NCBI RefSeq assembly: GCF_009914755.1
Contig: NC_060932.1
Reading direction: 5' to 3' (one strand)
DNA from: the human T2T-CHM13v2.0 reference genome, Homo sapiens
Length of the DNA: 64,000 bases
The notes beneath the pieces are model-generated. The model did not search any database and had not been told where the DNA came from. It worked only from the letters and a program-made list of their open reading frames with translations. Positions within the stretch are counted from its first letter, which is position 1, and each line of letters starts with the position of its first letter. The translations under genes were made by a program, and so were the position numbers. Shown one piece after another: positions 31,353 to 46,200 of the stretch.

Positions 31353-31764
31353 TTGACGAAGGATTGAGCATGCAAAATAGAATCAGCTTTTGACCCTGAA
31401 TACCCTGCAGTGAGAATTCCCCTGTGGTTCTCAGGCTTCTGTAATTCCAGCAATACACTCTTCCTTCAGGTTCACTAAAATGCAGATATTGTAAGATAAT
31501 GCTCATTTCTCACAGCTTGCTTCAATAATAATGATCATCATAGTAATTTACAACTTAATAGTCAACACTGCCTTTTTAACCCAGTCTGTGAGACTGAACC
31601 ATAAACGTGACATTCTTTGAAGTAAAGCTCTCAATTAATATACCAGACTGCATAAACTCCAATAACTTACCTTTCCACGGAAAGAGAATAGGTGGGTATT
31701 CTCTCTGAAGACAAATGGTGGAGAGTAGACTCTCATCAAAGACCCTCTGGCAGTAATAAGTTGC

Positions 31765-31789
31765 ATTCCAGAAGGTTCCAGAAGGTTCT
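31765..31789. promoter_or_regulatory. Perfect 5-pentamer heat-shock element (HSE)
   Basis: aTTCc aGAAg gTTCc aGAAg gTTCt; a second 3-unit HSE gGAAc tTTCt gGAAa at 32085-32099. Confidence 0.6.
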
Positions 31790-33732
31790 GTGGAAGGCTG
31801 CAGTTTGGGATTGGTTCTCAGATGTCTGTCTAACTGCTTTCTAAGGATGAGGACTCCTGGTTTGTGCTTTAGCTACACCCACAGGAGCAACAGACTAAGA
31901 CATTCCTCCACACAATAACAGAACCAGGGAGTGCAGACCATGTGGGTCTTACCTGGCCTGTTGTCCACCGTCTGGTTTTATCTTAGACCGAGCCTGCTGC
32001 AATCCATGTTGTGTATTGGCACTCCACTTAAGTTTCCTGTTTGTAAAAAGCCCCTTTCATTCGGTGATTCCTCAGGGCTTTAGGGGAACTTTCTGGAAAC
32101 CAGGCAGAAGGAAATAATGGTGGTTTTGCTGAGGATGGGTGACGTTGGGCACGGGACCCAAATGAGTGGTTTGAGCAGAAAGTAGCCTCCACGCTGGACT
32201 AATGCAATAGTCCTGCCATGATTTCATTGCAGGGCTGTGACCGTCTACGACAAGCTGGCATCTTTCTTTAAAGAGGCACCTCTGGACCTGCAGCACCGGC
32301 TCCTCATGAAGGTGGGCAGCACGCACTCTCTGTTCAGGGCCTGGTAGGCCTCCCATCCTCAGCTGCCTTCTCTCCTGCTCGCCACTGCCCTGGCCTCTCC
32401 CCTTCTCACTGCAGACCTGGGAACCCACTCATCCAGGGGTTGGCAAACTAAGGCTACAGGCCAGTCTCCTGCTTTTGTAAATCAAGTTTCATTGGGACAC
32501 AACACACTCATTAACTTCTGAGTTGTCTATAGCCGCCTTTGAGCTACAATAGCAGAATTGCGTTTTGCAACAGAGAACGTCTGGCCTGCAAAGCCTGAAG
32601 TATTTACTCTCTGGCCCCTTAAGAAATGTTTGTGGACCCCTGCACTGTCTTACTCTCCTGCCAATGGGTTCCCAGGCCTGTGGCAGGATCTGTGGACCTG
32701 TGTGTCCCCTGGGGTGTCTCATGGGGCTAAGGAAGGGACCTTTGTGCAGGTCCACATACCCTGAGGTGTGCCCCTGGGTAAGCTGGGGTGGTGTGGGAGG
32801 GCATCCTAGCACCCTCATCTTGAGTCCAGGGGATGATAAGACAGTAAGTCCCGTGGAGAAAAGGAATGAGTCAGTCTTGTTTGCTGTTGTAACCTTAGCA
32901 CCCAGAAACAATATTAGAGAAAGCAAGCCCATGCCTCGATTGGCAGGGGTGGCCTGGTGCTGCTGATGCGGCTGGGCACCCCAACCGTTGGGAGCCTGCA
33001 GGCCTTGCCATGGCAGGAGATGCCCGTTCTGGGTCCTGGGCCTGCTCTGTGGCCTCTCACAGGGTTTTTTTCTCCTCCTTCAGCTCAGAACCTGAGGACC
33101 CAGCCATGGAGCGGTCAGCCTTCATGGAGCAGGATGCTGGGAGCGGGCTGGTGATGCGTCTCCATGAGCGGCCAGCCCTGCTGGTCAGCAGCACACCTGG
33201 ACAGGTCTGCACGACCCCTGGGGCACTTGGGGCTGGTGTGACGGGCACCTGGCCAACCTGTGTTCTCCTTACCCCTACCAGTCCTGGATGCCCCCACCCC
33301 GCCACGGTCTCAATGAGAAGGGGAGGGTGTGTGAGCTGGAAGAGTGCTGTCTAGAAACAGGCCCCTGACATTCAATTCTCTTCTCATAGAGGACGAAGAC
33401 TTCTCTATCCTGCTGGCAGCTTTAGAAAGTAGGTGTGTGGCTGCGGTGAGGAGCTCTGGGCTTGTCCGGGCCACTGAGCTGTGAGCTGCTTGCCTGGCCT
33501 GCAACATGTTCCTGTCCTGGGCTACTGGGTGGGGCAGCCTGGGGACAGTAGGGGTGGTGGAGGTGGGCCTCCCTGAATCCCCATTTGGGTCATTGAGTGA
33601 CCAGGCCCTTAGGCTGAAATGCGCCCTCCAGGAGAGTATCTCACAGAGGCTGGGGGCCTCCCTGCCAGAGCAGTGCACTTTCTCCACCTGACCAGGGGAC
33701 TCTGGCTATTGTTTATTTAAAAATTTTTTTCT

Positions 33733-34033
33733 GAATGGGCATGGTGGCTCACACCTGTAATCCTAGAACTCTGGGAGGCCGAGGCAGGCAGATCACCTGA
33801 GGTCCGGAGTTCGAGACCAACCTGGCCAACAGGGCGAAAAGTGTCTCTACTAAAAATACAAAACTTAGCTAGGTATGGTGGTGGGCACCTGTAATCCCAG
33901 CTACTTGGGAGGCTGACGCACTAGAATTACTTCAACCTGGGAGGCAGAGGTTGCAGTGAGCTGAGATCACGCCATTGCATTCCAGCCTGGGTGACAGAGC
34001 GAGAGTCTGTCAGGAAAAAAAAAAAAAAAAAAA
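33733..34033 (+). mobile_element. Alu in ALG1L intron 8
   Basis: Sense Alu with poly-A. Confidence 0.95.
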
Positions 34034-34415
34034 ATTCTATCAGAAATTCCATGTAGAATTGCTTCTTTTTTTAAACACAGAGTTTGAACAACTGACTCTT
34101 CACGGACGCAACCTTCCTTCTCTTGTCTGTGTGATAACAGGTACTGCCTGGGACCCTGGGTGTCTGTTTGGCTGGGGGATGGCAGAGGGGGAGGGGCACG
34201 CAGCCTTCACCCTGTGCTTCCCACGATCTTGTCTCCTTAATCCTCACTGCAGCTCTCTGCCATAGGGTCTTATACTGCTTGACACGTGGGAAACTGAGGC
34301 TCAGAGGGTTTCACAGCAGGGCAGGGAGCCCAGATGTGAATCTGTAGATACCAAGCTTTCTACTTTTTCAGTAGTTTCCAAGCATCTTTTCTGTTGTTGT
34401 TATGTCATTGGTGTC

Positions 34416-34702
<287 letters not shown>

Positions 34703-34900
34703 ATGTCATTGGTGCCTTAACCAAGCCTCTTTTAATTTTTCAAATGGAAGAGCCCCTGTCCCACAGTTACTGCTGCTGAGCCCTTTCAAGATGACTCAGT
34801 GAGGAGGGAGAAAAGCGGAAGTGGTGTAGGAAGAGGCGGGGTCTGGGCCAGCTGCTGGTCCTGCTCTCCTCCCTCCTCTGGCCTCTAGGCTCCCAGGAGT

Positions 34901-34998
34901 GGTTTGGAAAGCGCGCCATGTGCTCTGGAGGCTGTGGCAGGGCAGGCGCGGATTGGAACCCGCACCATGTGCTCTGGGGGCTGCGGCAGGGCAGGGGG
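34901..34998. repeat. 49-bp tandem duplication
   Basis: 'gg.ttggaa..cgc.ccatgtgctctgg.ggctg.ggcagggcagg' twice. Confidence 0.85.
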
Positions 34999-37916
34999 AG
35001 TCCTCGTGTCCCCTGTGCACAACACAGACAGAAGGCTGGGTCCACCCAGTGGGTGGTCAGGTGCCAGGCCAGTGCTTACCCCACCATGTTTGCAGCCCGA
35101 GGCCAGCTGGCTGCAGGTGCAGGGCTATGCATCAGGGGTCAGGGTGCACACACCCCTGCAGGTCTCGGGGCTCCTGGGTTGCTTCTGGAAGGGCCCAGAT
35201 GGGGCCTGACTGGAGCTGCCGAGGGGTGGAGCTTCTGGGAAAAGGATCCCTCCTAGGGGGAGTGTCTTGGGCCTGGGGCCATGTGGCAGGGACAGAGACG
35301 GGTCCATGGCAGTGTCTGCTCTTCTCTGTGAAGGCAAAGGGCCTCTGAGGGAGTATTACAGCCGCCTCATCCACCAGAAGCATTTCCAGCACATCCAGGT
35401 CTGCACCCACTGGCTGGAGGGCCGAGGACTACCCCCGCTTCTAGGTGAGAGGCCAGCAGGAGGCTCAGGGAGGAGGCGGGGACTTAAGCAGGGGTAACAG
35501 GCATGGGCATGATGTACTTTTTCTGAAAAGGTGGCTCTGGAGGCCACTTGGGGACAGGACTTGGGCTCTGGCTTAACTCCCAGGAGGAGGCTACTTCCTG
35601 GTGTGCCAGCCCCTCCCTGCCAGGTGGCCCCAGAGGCCCTTTACCAAGGGGTTTGAGGAGGCCACGTCCTTTCAGCCTGCCATGCCCTCCATTCAGTCCT
35701 CTTCCTTCCTGCAGGAGGCCTGGGCCTGGGGTTGGGGCCACTGTTGCCCAGGTGTGGGAGGGCAGTGGCTTTGGGAGGGGGTCGGGGGTCGCTTGGCCTC
35801 TGTGTGTCCTACTGTCTTTGTCGGTGAGATGGGACAATGACAGCACACCCTCACAGGTGCTGGGGGCTGACAAATGTCAGGTCTGAGGACAGTGGGTGGC
35901 CCACTACGGGGCCAGTTCCCCTTCTCTATAGTCACCCTGCTCGTCTTCCATCAACTGGGTGCTCAAGACAGTGGAGTGGAGGATCCGCCTGTACAGCCTG
36001 TGCTCCAGCGTCATGCAGGCCACAGCTCTGTCCAGCCCTGACCCCGACTGCCCCTCCTGCCACCTCCATTTTATAGATGAGGAAACCGAGGCCCAAGGGC
36101 TTAGGGAACCCTGCTCTGAAGCACACAGTAGGGCTGCTGGGCTCAGACCCTCCCTCCCTGTGCTGAGCTACCCTCCTCCTGCTGCAAGCCCCCAATGCCC
36201 CGAGCCCACCCTGCTCACCGGCCTCTGCCCGAGTTCCCCTCATGGTGTCGGAGTGTGGGGCATCCTAGCTCTTCCCTGGTGCCCAGCTCTTTCACTTCCA
36301 CTGGAGTCCTGCAGTGACAGCTCAGGGACATACAGGCCCAGGCTGGGGTGGGGGCTCACCTAGCTCGGTGGTGAACAGCTGGCACGTCTCTCAATTGCGG
36401 ACAGCGAAGGCCACGTAGACCTCAGAAGCCCGCTGGTGCTCCCGGCAGGCAGCCAGCCTCCGCAGGACCCTGACCAGTGACACAGTGGCTTCTGGGCAAT
36501 ACAGCACATCTACGGTGAAAGCTTCAGGTTACTGAAAGGGACCAGCGGACAGTTCCAGGTCACGCTGACCTCAGCAGCAGGGCGAGGCCAGAGAGGCAGC
36601 GATCATATGAGACTATTAGATGCCTTTTGACCATTTGAGCCATTAGATGGAAAGGCAATTACTTGGGTGAAAAAGGAGAACCCTTAGTAGAGAAAGCTGC
36701 AAAAGACCGAAGCAAAAGAAAAAAATCTCCAGACTCACTGGTGTTCCTTACAAAAACAGCTCTGGTTCTCGGCCTATCTAGAGGGCTTCAAATGACACAA
36801 AGCCTGACCCTGCTGTGAACTTCGTGTTTCAGGTGTCTGCTGATTGGTCTGCTGGCTTGCAGGGGTGGGCCTTTGTCCCTGGCCAGCGCTGGACCTGTGG
36901 ATTTCAGGACTGTGACCCAGGACCACAGGCAGAGCTCTGTTCGACCAGAGAGGGGACTGAGTGTGCTGGCAGGGCTGAGGGGTTTTTGGTGGCCCAGCCA
37001 AACACCACCTTCTCTCAAGGGCCCTGTCCTCGTCCCAGAACTGGTTGTTTTCCTCCTGTGGTCTCTGAAGGACACAGGGCATGGCTCTGGGACAGAGCCA
37101 TGTGGTGATGACTGTAATGGGAGTATGCCTGACTCCAACAAGAGGGCTGTGGCTTGAAGGTCACCTTAAGAGGCACCCCGTCCTTTGATTTCACCCTGGA
37201 GGCCCAGAGTAACTCTTCTGGAAGCCCCATCATGTCCATGCCTGACAGCGCCCATTGTTCCCTTTTCCCAGAGCCAAGAGCTGGGTAGAGCTGCAAGGAC
37301 AGTGCCTGCACAGGGTGCTCAGGGCTGGGCATTACCTGCTGCAATGACAACATCTAGCTGGAAGGCAGAGCGCTGATGGACCGTCACTACGTCCCAGTCC
37401 AGCGCTGGGCCATTGTCACCCTAGGGCTGTCTAAGTTGGCAGTGATGTCTGCCTCTAATGAGAGGCCATTGAGAAGGACATTTCCTTGGAGCTGCTCGAG
37501 GACTCGGCTGTGACAGTCGCTGAAGATGTATGCCCGGGGGCGGCATATCTTGCAGATGGCCAGGCCTGTGAGGCTGGCACCACTGCCAAGCTCTAAGACA
37601 GACCTGGCGAGAGGAAAGGGGACCGTGTCTGCGACTGCACCAGGGTAAGCCCGCCTCGGTGCCCTGCCCTGCGCCCCAAGGTCACCTGTGAGTGAAGGCT
37701 GCCGGGTTCTCGATGGCCCATTCTGCAATGTAGAGGGCGGCATCCCATGTGACCAGACCCGTGGTGCTGTGGGAGATGATGGCCATGCTTTCGGAGAGTG
37801 TGACCGAGCCTCCCGAGGGCTGCACCAAGAGAGGGCGAGAGAGTCAGTCCAGCAATCAGAAGGCAAGTGGCTTAGAAGACAAATAGCCATCCACCACATG
37901 GCCAAATAAACCATGA

Positions 37917-38913
<997 letters not shown>

Positions 38914-39293
38914 TAAAGAAGGTTAACGGACCTCATGTCTAAGACTGCAGAATGGGTGAGTCAGGATTTGAACCCACACCCATGTTTTCACTTTGTCTGT
39001 GCAGGAAGGGTATCTGGGCTGTGAGGGGGAGGAGGGTGCCCTTCTCATACCAACAAATAGCTCCGGTGGCCCTGGGGGGACTCCTTGGCCATCAGGGTCT
39101 CCGCCAGCGCCTCGTACAGCTCATCCAAAGGCTCCGTGTGGACAGCCTCGTGCTGGGGGCAGACAGAGTGAGAGCTTGTTTGCTTTTGTTCTAATCTGTA
39201 AAAATGGCCAGATGATTTTCACCAAGTTTGCAGGGGAGATTTGGGATGGAATGGTGTGATACCAGCCAGCTTGCATATAAAATATTCACTTTG

Positions 39294-39412
39294 TTGGGCG
39301 TGGTGGTGTGTGCTGAATAGCCCCAGCTACTCCAGAGGCTGACATGGTAGGACTGCTTGAGCCCAGGAGTTTGAGGACAGCCTGGGCAACAGAGATCTTG
39401 TCTCTAAAAAGA
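39294..39412 (+). mobile_element. Partial old Alu (monomer-like)
   Basis: 'ccccagctactccagaggctga...gcttgagcccaggagtttgagg'. Confidence 0.8.
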
Positions 39413-39849
39413 AATAATTCCACTTGGTAGGGAAACGTGGATGGGAGGGCCTTCAGCAAGAGGTGTTCAGAGGGTAGGGTTAGGTGTAGTCTAGGGCAGG
39501 AGACAAGGATTCCGTGAGAGCTGCCACATGACCATGACAGAGAGCTCTGTGTTTGGATCAAACACAGAGAGGAGGAAAACAAAAGGTGCTTTTAAGTGAG
39601 CCCAGGCAGAACTGTGAGGGCGGCCCATGCTGCAGGCTGTGGCTGTCAGCAGGCTGCTTCTCCACAGCTGGCCCAGTCCTAGGATTCACAGGGCAGCAGC
39701 AGGGTACACTGGGTGACTGCTGCCCTCTCGTGGTGGCACAGGGCAGACCTGCTGGTGACCAGAGATGCACCCTTTTGGGGAGAACTAGGGAGAAAGCAGG
39801 TATTGGAGAAGCAGGGGATTGTTTATTTGTTAAAAGTGTGGCCCTTTCA

Positions 39850-40263
<414 letters not shown>

Positions 40264-41268
40264 AAAATCCATCCTATATCAGTCAGGAAAGAGCTCATTC
40301 CAGCAGGATCAATGCGGAGAATTCACCAGAGGAACTAGTTCCAAAGGTATGGCAAGAGCTAAAACTTCCAACAGGGGCCCGTGGGGCAACCCAGAGACGG
40401 ACAAGAGCAGGAAACTCCAAACCCTTTGGTGGGCAGGACAGAGGGTGTGGGTGATGGTTCCAGTGCTGTGGGCTGGTCCAGCCTGGTAGGAATGAGAATC
40501 CATATGCTAGGAGCTGGGGCCCCAGAGAAGCAGCTGCTGTGGAAACCCCAGAGGGCAGACTCAGGGAGAGACACTGGCCTCCCCTTATTCCCACCCTGCA
40601 CTGTCTCCCATGGGTCACACACACCTGCAGCCAGTTGCCTGGGGAGGCCCCTGCCATGCCGGGGTTTGCAAAGCAGGCCCAGGGCCTGGGAAGGACGGGG
40701 TGTGCAGCACGCCGGTGGCTATGCTGTCCAGCTACTGGGCGGACACTGCCCATAACTGACCTTTTTGATGAGTTCTGAGAGAAAGCACCAGGCATACTTG
40801 ACTGACGGCGGGTGCTTCACACACACAGGATGCCTCACAGTCTACGGCAAAGGACAGAACGTTGGTTGCTCGAGAGCCCATCTTAAGTCTCCTATGAGCT
40901 TCAAGCCAACACAGCAGAGGGCAAACTCCAGGCTACCTGATCCCTCAGCAAAGATGCAGATGGACACAGCGTTCTGGCCCCACGCATCTGAAGTTTGTCT
41001 TAAGATATAAGCCGTTTCCTAAAGATGCTTCCACTGCAGTGGCACAGGCTATGGCAGCATTTCTAACGCCCATTCTGAGCAGGAACACAGGGCATGTGGG
41101 CCCAAACCACCTCCCTCCCAGGGGAGCCAGTGTGAACCAGGGTTTGCAGTAAGGACAGTCACCAACTATCTGGCTTTATGGAAGAGGCGGGGAGGCCCAC
41201 TCAGCAACTGCTCTCTGGGAGCGTGTGTCCCTGGGGACAGGATGGAGGGGAGGGGACGCTCAGGGTGA

Positions 41269-41837
<569 letters not shown>

Positions 41838-43269
41838 TTGTGCTGGGTTTTAAAGCAGCTCTCCCTACATCTCATGCTTCACCACCTACGAGAGTGAGGC
41901 TCAGGGTGAAACTCAGAGCAAGGTGCGAGATAACTTCAGGTATCTCCATCCTCGAAGCCCTGACCTACTGTATTGCCCCGAAAGTCTTCCCTGCTGTGGC
42001 TGCATCTTTTCCACGTGGATAATCTTGGTTCACCTCTAGCACAGGAATTCTTCACCGGGGCTCCTAGGATGGGCTGGGTGGGTGGGCGTGGAGGATGTCT
42101 GCCTCCCCTGAGTTTGTATGGAAAATGTATTCTGGTGCACTTCTTTCTGGGAGGGAGTCTATTGCTTTGTCTTTTCAGAAGGGCTCATGGCCCTTCGAAG
42201 GTGAAGACCCAGGATGCAGGGTGATCTGCACTTGGCCCTCAAGGCCAAGGTCAGCCTGTGGCTGGGCCGCGTGGTGATCCTGGCTCTCACTTGCATGCAG
42301 ATGCACTTGAGTCCAAACCCCACCCTGGGCAAAGCAAGGGCCCATTTAGGTCTAGAAGAGACAGGAGTGGGCGGGACAGGCCTCATGAATGCAAAAAAGA
42401 AAGTCTCTGAGCATCTACCAAATGCTAGAAGCTGTTTTGCACCTGTCATCTCTGTTTTTGCTGTGGATGGTTTAAAAAACATTCCCTAGATTTCCCCCCC
42501 TTGCAGATTTTTGTATATTCTGATGTCTTTGTCTAAGTCTTAGATAGAAAACGAAACCGTAGGAGCTGTCGGAGGTGCTGACACCCTCCTGAAGTGCTGA
42601 CTCAATGGTTTTGTTCTTTGAAGAGGGCTGTTTTTAAAGGGTACAAGCACACCTCTGCTGCTTCTCTCAGGTCTTCCGGAGAGATTCAGGAGGCAGGATC
42701 ATGAGTCCCAGGGACTCTGGGATTCTTACCTTCTGCAAAATATCCTGCAGCAGCTCAGAATCTGATGAGTCTCTTAACTTTGCCTCTAAGCTCTGTGTGG
42801 ATGGGAGAGAGAGAAATCTCAAGGGCCCATTCACAGGAACATTAAACACGCAATAGAATGTGTTGGCAAAGCTCTATGTGATCCCTCCCTGGGGACGTGG
42901 AGCCAGTTGGAAGTGGAAGCCACAACAGCTAAAAGCCTGACCTTCAGATGTCGCAGGGTGCACCTGGATGAGTCACAGGAAGAAGGCTGACTCTTGGTCG
43001 CATTAGTCCTGGCTACTCAGCTGCCACCCAGGTCATGGGCCAGCTCCCTGGTTACACTGGTCAGCCAGGAATTACCAGGGCAGCCATGGCACCAAGGTTT
43101 GATGGGCTTGCCATCTGAGTTTAAGTGGAAATGCAGAATGTGCCCATACCAGCCTGGGTTACATTGTCCTCTTACAGGGGCCTCAAGCCCAGCAGTGAGC
43201 TTTGGCTCCCGAGTTAGGCAGACTGTCTCGGCTGGTATGTGACACATGGCAAGGCACTTCATTGCTTCA

Positions 43270-44100
43270 GAGCTCCTTCTATGCCATAAAAGGCCCTACA
43301 AGGCCTGCTGCTAATCCCCCTCTCTGGACTATTCTCCCTCATCCCTGGCCCACACTGCTCACTCCACTCCAGCCACACTGGCTACCTTGGTGTTTTTCCT
43401 CAACCACAGCTGGCTTGTTTCCACCACAGGGCCTTTGCATATCCTGTTCCCCAAACCCTTCCCATGGCTGGCTGCTTCACCACTCAGGCCCCAGTTCAAA
43501 TGCCACCTCTTTGGGGAAGGCTTCCCTGATTCCCCGACTTTGGTGACTCTTCTCCCCAGTTGCTCCATTCACCATTCCCCTGTTTTCTTGGCTTTAAAGC
43601 CACTCTCATCTGGTCTTTTCTTGTTTATTCATTTATTTGTTTATTCTCTGTCTCTCCCATGCAAGCAGAGCCTCATCTATCATGGGTACTGCTGATCCAT
43701 GGTGCTTGGCTCACAGAAGGCATTTATTAAACATTTTGAGACTGAGTAAAAACACTAGCTAACACCGACATACATTTACCATGAGCCAGGCACTGATCCA
43801 CAGGCTTTTGTACTCAACGCTGACAACAACCCTAAGAGGTAGGTATCATTATATCAACCATTTTATGAATAAGAAAACAACAGCACAGAGAGATGCAGTC
43901 ACTTGCCCAAGGTCACACAGGGCCAGGGGTTGGGCCAGGATTCGAAGCAGGCAGGCTGTCTCCTGGGTCTGAACTCTCAACTACTACACCCTAATCAAAC
44001 AATCCCTCTGGTCAAATGTGAGTGATAATAATAGTACCCACCTCGTGGGTGTTGAGGGTGAGCCCAAGTTAGCATTCAGCGTGGGCATGTGAACAATTAT
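43270..44100. mobile_element. L2 fragment followed by MIR fragments
   Basis: L2 'cagggcctttgcat...ttcaaatgccacctct'; MIR 'cacttgcccaaggtcacacag...ggattcgaa'. Confidence 0.7.
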
Positions 44101-44549
44101 AGTCAATATTGAATGGAGACCTATGATGCTTTTATGAAGGTTTCTATTTTGGGTTAAAAATGCATAAATTTCTCCTGACCAGAAATGATCTCTGAGTGCT
44201 AAATATTTTATATCAATGGAATAACGCAAATGATTAAGCAACACCCCATAAAATGGGGCAGACCCAGGGAGGAATATATATCCAAACTGACTCATCCCAG
44301 TGAGCTCACTGCACATGAATTACAAATGGAACGGGGTGCATTAAGCCCCTCTGCTGGCAGAAGGGAGGCTGCTGCCTGACATGTGCCTGTGCTGAGAATG
44401 GCAGGTCCCCAGGGAGAGGAGAGGCCAGCCCCTTCTCTATCTCTTCCATCACAGGCGTGAAAGCCTCAGCGCATGAGCTGATTCTATGTAGTGCTCGACA
44501 TACAGATGAGAACACTGAGGCCCTAGGGACAGCCTTTGACCTGGTCACC

Positions 44550-46200
44550 GCGCTCAGGAGGAGGTGGTTACCCGCGGGCCTGAGGGCGCTGACTTTTTAG
44601 AATGGGCGAGGGCAGATGTGTCCCAGTGACCAGAACGATTACTGCCTTTAAAAAGTCATGAAAATGATCGTGAACTGTACCCCACACCGAGCGCGCGTCT
44701 GCACCCCAAGACTGTGGAGACGCCCCCAGCTTCCGCCGCCAGCTCGCGGGGCAGGATGGGTGAGAGCGACTCTGGCCAGGCCCCAGGGACGGGGACCGGG
44801 TCTCGCGGCCCTGACCAGGGAGAGCCCAGGAACTCACGTGGCAGGAGCGCCGGGGGTTTCAGCACGGAGACCCATCCCGTCTGCCCCTGGACTCCGCGAG
44901 CCCCGCGGGCCTCTCCGCTCGCCCCGCCGCCCACCTGCCAGGGGAAGGAGCGCAGTGTGCGCGCCACTAGGAAGCGGCTCTCAAAACCCTGCAGCAAGAG
45001 TTTGGTACCCGCGTTCTCCTCGGGCGTCATGATGTGGGCGGGGCCGCAGCGTTGCCAGGAGATCGGGCGGAAGCCGGGCCTGGATTGAAAAGGGAGCGGG
45101 CCCAGGGTAGTGCGCGGGGGCAGAGAGGGGGCGGGGCCTGGGGGCAGGGTCAGGAGGAGCGTCCTGGGGGCGGACTCTAGGGCGGGGCCAAGATGAGCTT
45201 ATAGGAGGGCGGGGCCTGGGGTGGGGCCAGGATGAGCGTCATGAGGGCGAGGCCTGGGGTAGGGCCAGGATAAGCGTCGTTGGGGCAGGTGCTGGGTAGA
45301 GTCCAGGTTGGCGGGTCCTGGGGCGGGGTCAGCATAGGGCGATCCTGGAAGCTGGTCTTCGGAAGCGTCCAGGTTGGTCGCGTCCTGGAGGCGCTGCCTT
45401 GCGTGGGGGCAGGATAAGAGTCCTGGAGGCGGGCATTAGGGCGGGGATAAACGCCATTGGGTTCAGGAGGCGGGACTCGGAGCAGAGCCCAGGAGACAGG
45501 TCCTAGGGCGGGGCTAAGGCCAGACCCAGAGAAGGGCTCAGGAGGCGGGGCCGGGGCAGGGCGTTGACTATGTCGTACCACATGGCCAGGCGGTGCGCGG
45601 ACTCTGGGAGGCGGAACTTAGGACGGGCCCACTTGGGGAGGGGTCCAGGGTCCGGGAGGCGGGGCCGAGTCCGGGCTGCAGGCTGCGCTCAGGAGGCGGG
45701 CCCTGGGAGGCGGAGCTTAGGGAGGGGCCGGTGTCGGGAGGGACCCAGGGACTGGGAGGCCGGTCGGGGCTGGGCTCAGGGGCCGAGACCTAGCTGGGCT
45801 TGGGGCGGGGCCGAGACGGAGCGAGGGGTCCAGGGCGTGGGAAACGGGGAGGGGTTTGAGGAGGGGATCGGAATGTGGCTCAAGTTCGGGAGGCGTTACC
45901 TGCGGAGGGTTTGAGGCAGGTCCAGGAGCGAGCCCACGGTCCGCCGACGCGGGACCAGGGGCGGGCCCCAGGATCCGGAGCTTCGGGCGGGGCCGAGTCC
46001 GGGTTTGGGGCCCGGAAGGCGGGGCCAGTTAGGGCGAGGGTCCCTGGGATCGTCAGGTCAGGCCTTGGGCTAACGTAGGCACTCTCGCAGTTCCTCCGCC
46101 TTCAGGAAAGTCTTTTTAGCAGGGGCCTTACGGGTTCGCGCTTTGGTCCTGGAGGCCTTATCCTAGCCTCCTCTGTATCAGCGCCACCAGTCTGGGGCCC
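44550..46200. promoter_or_regulatory. CpG island / FAM86 promoter with G-rich degenerate ~38-bp array
   Basis: CpG-dense; many GGGGCGGGGC boxes; ETS-like CGGAAG (~45068) and X-box-like GTTGCCAGGAGAT (~45051) just upstream of the ATG at 45030. Confidence 0.9.

Noticed and set aside
37387-37914. 175-aa minus ORF as a stand-alone gene
   Set aside because: Intron and out-of-frame exon 5 sequence fused to FAM86 exon 6; only the VLELGSG part is real homology
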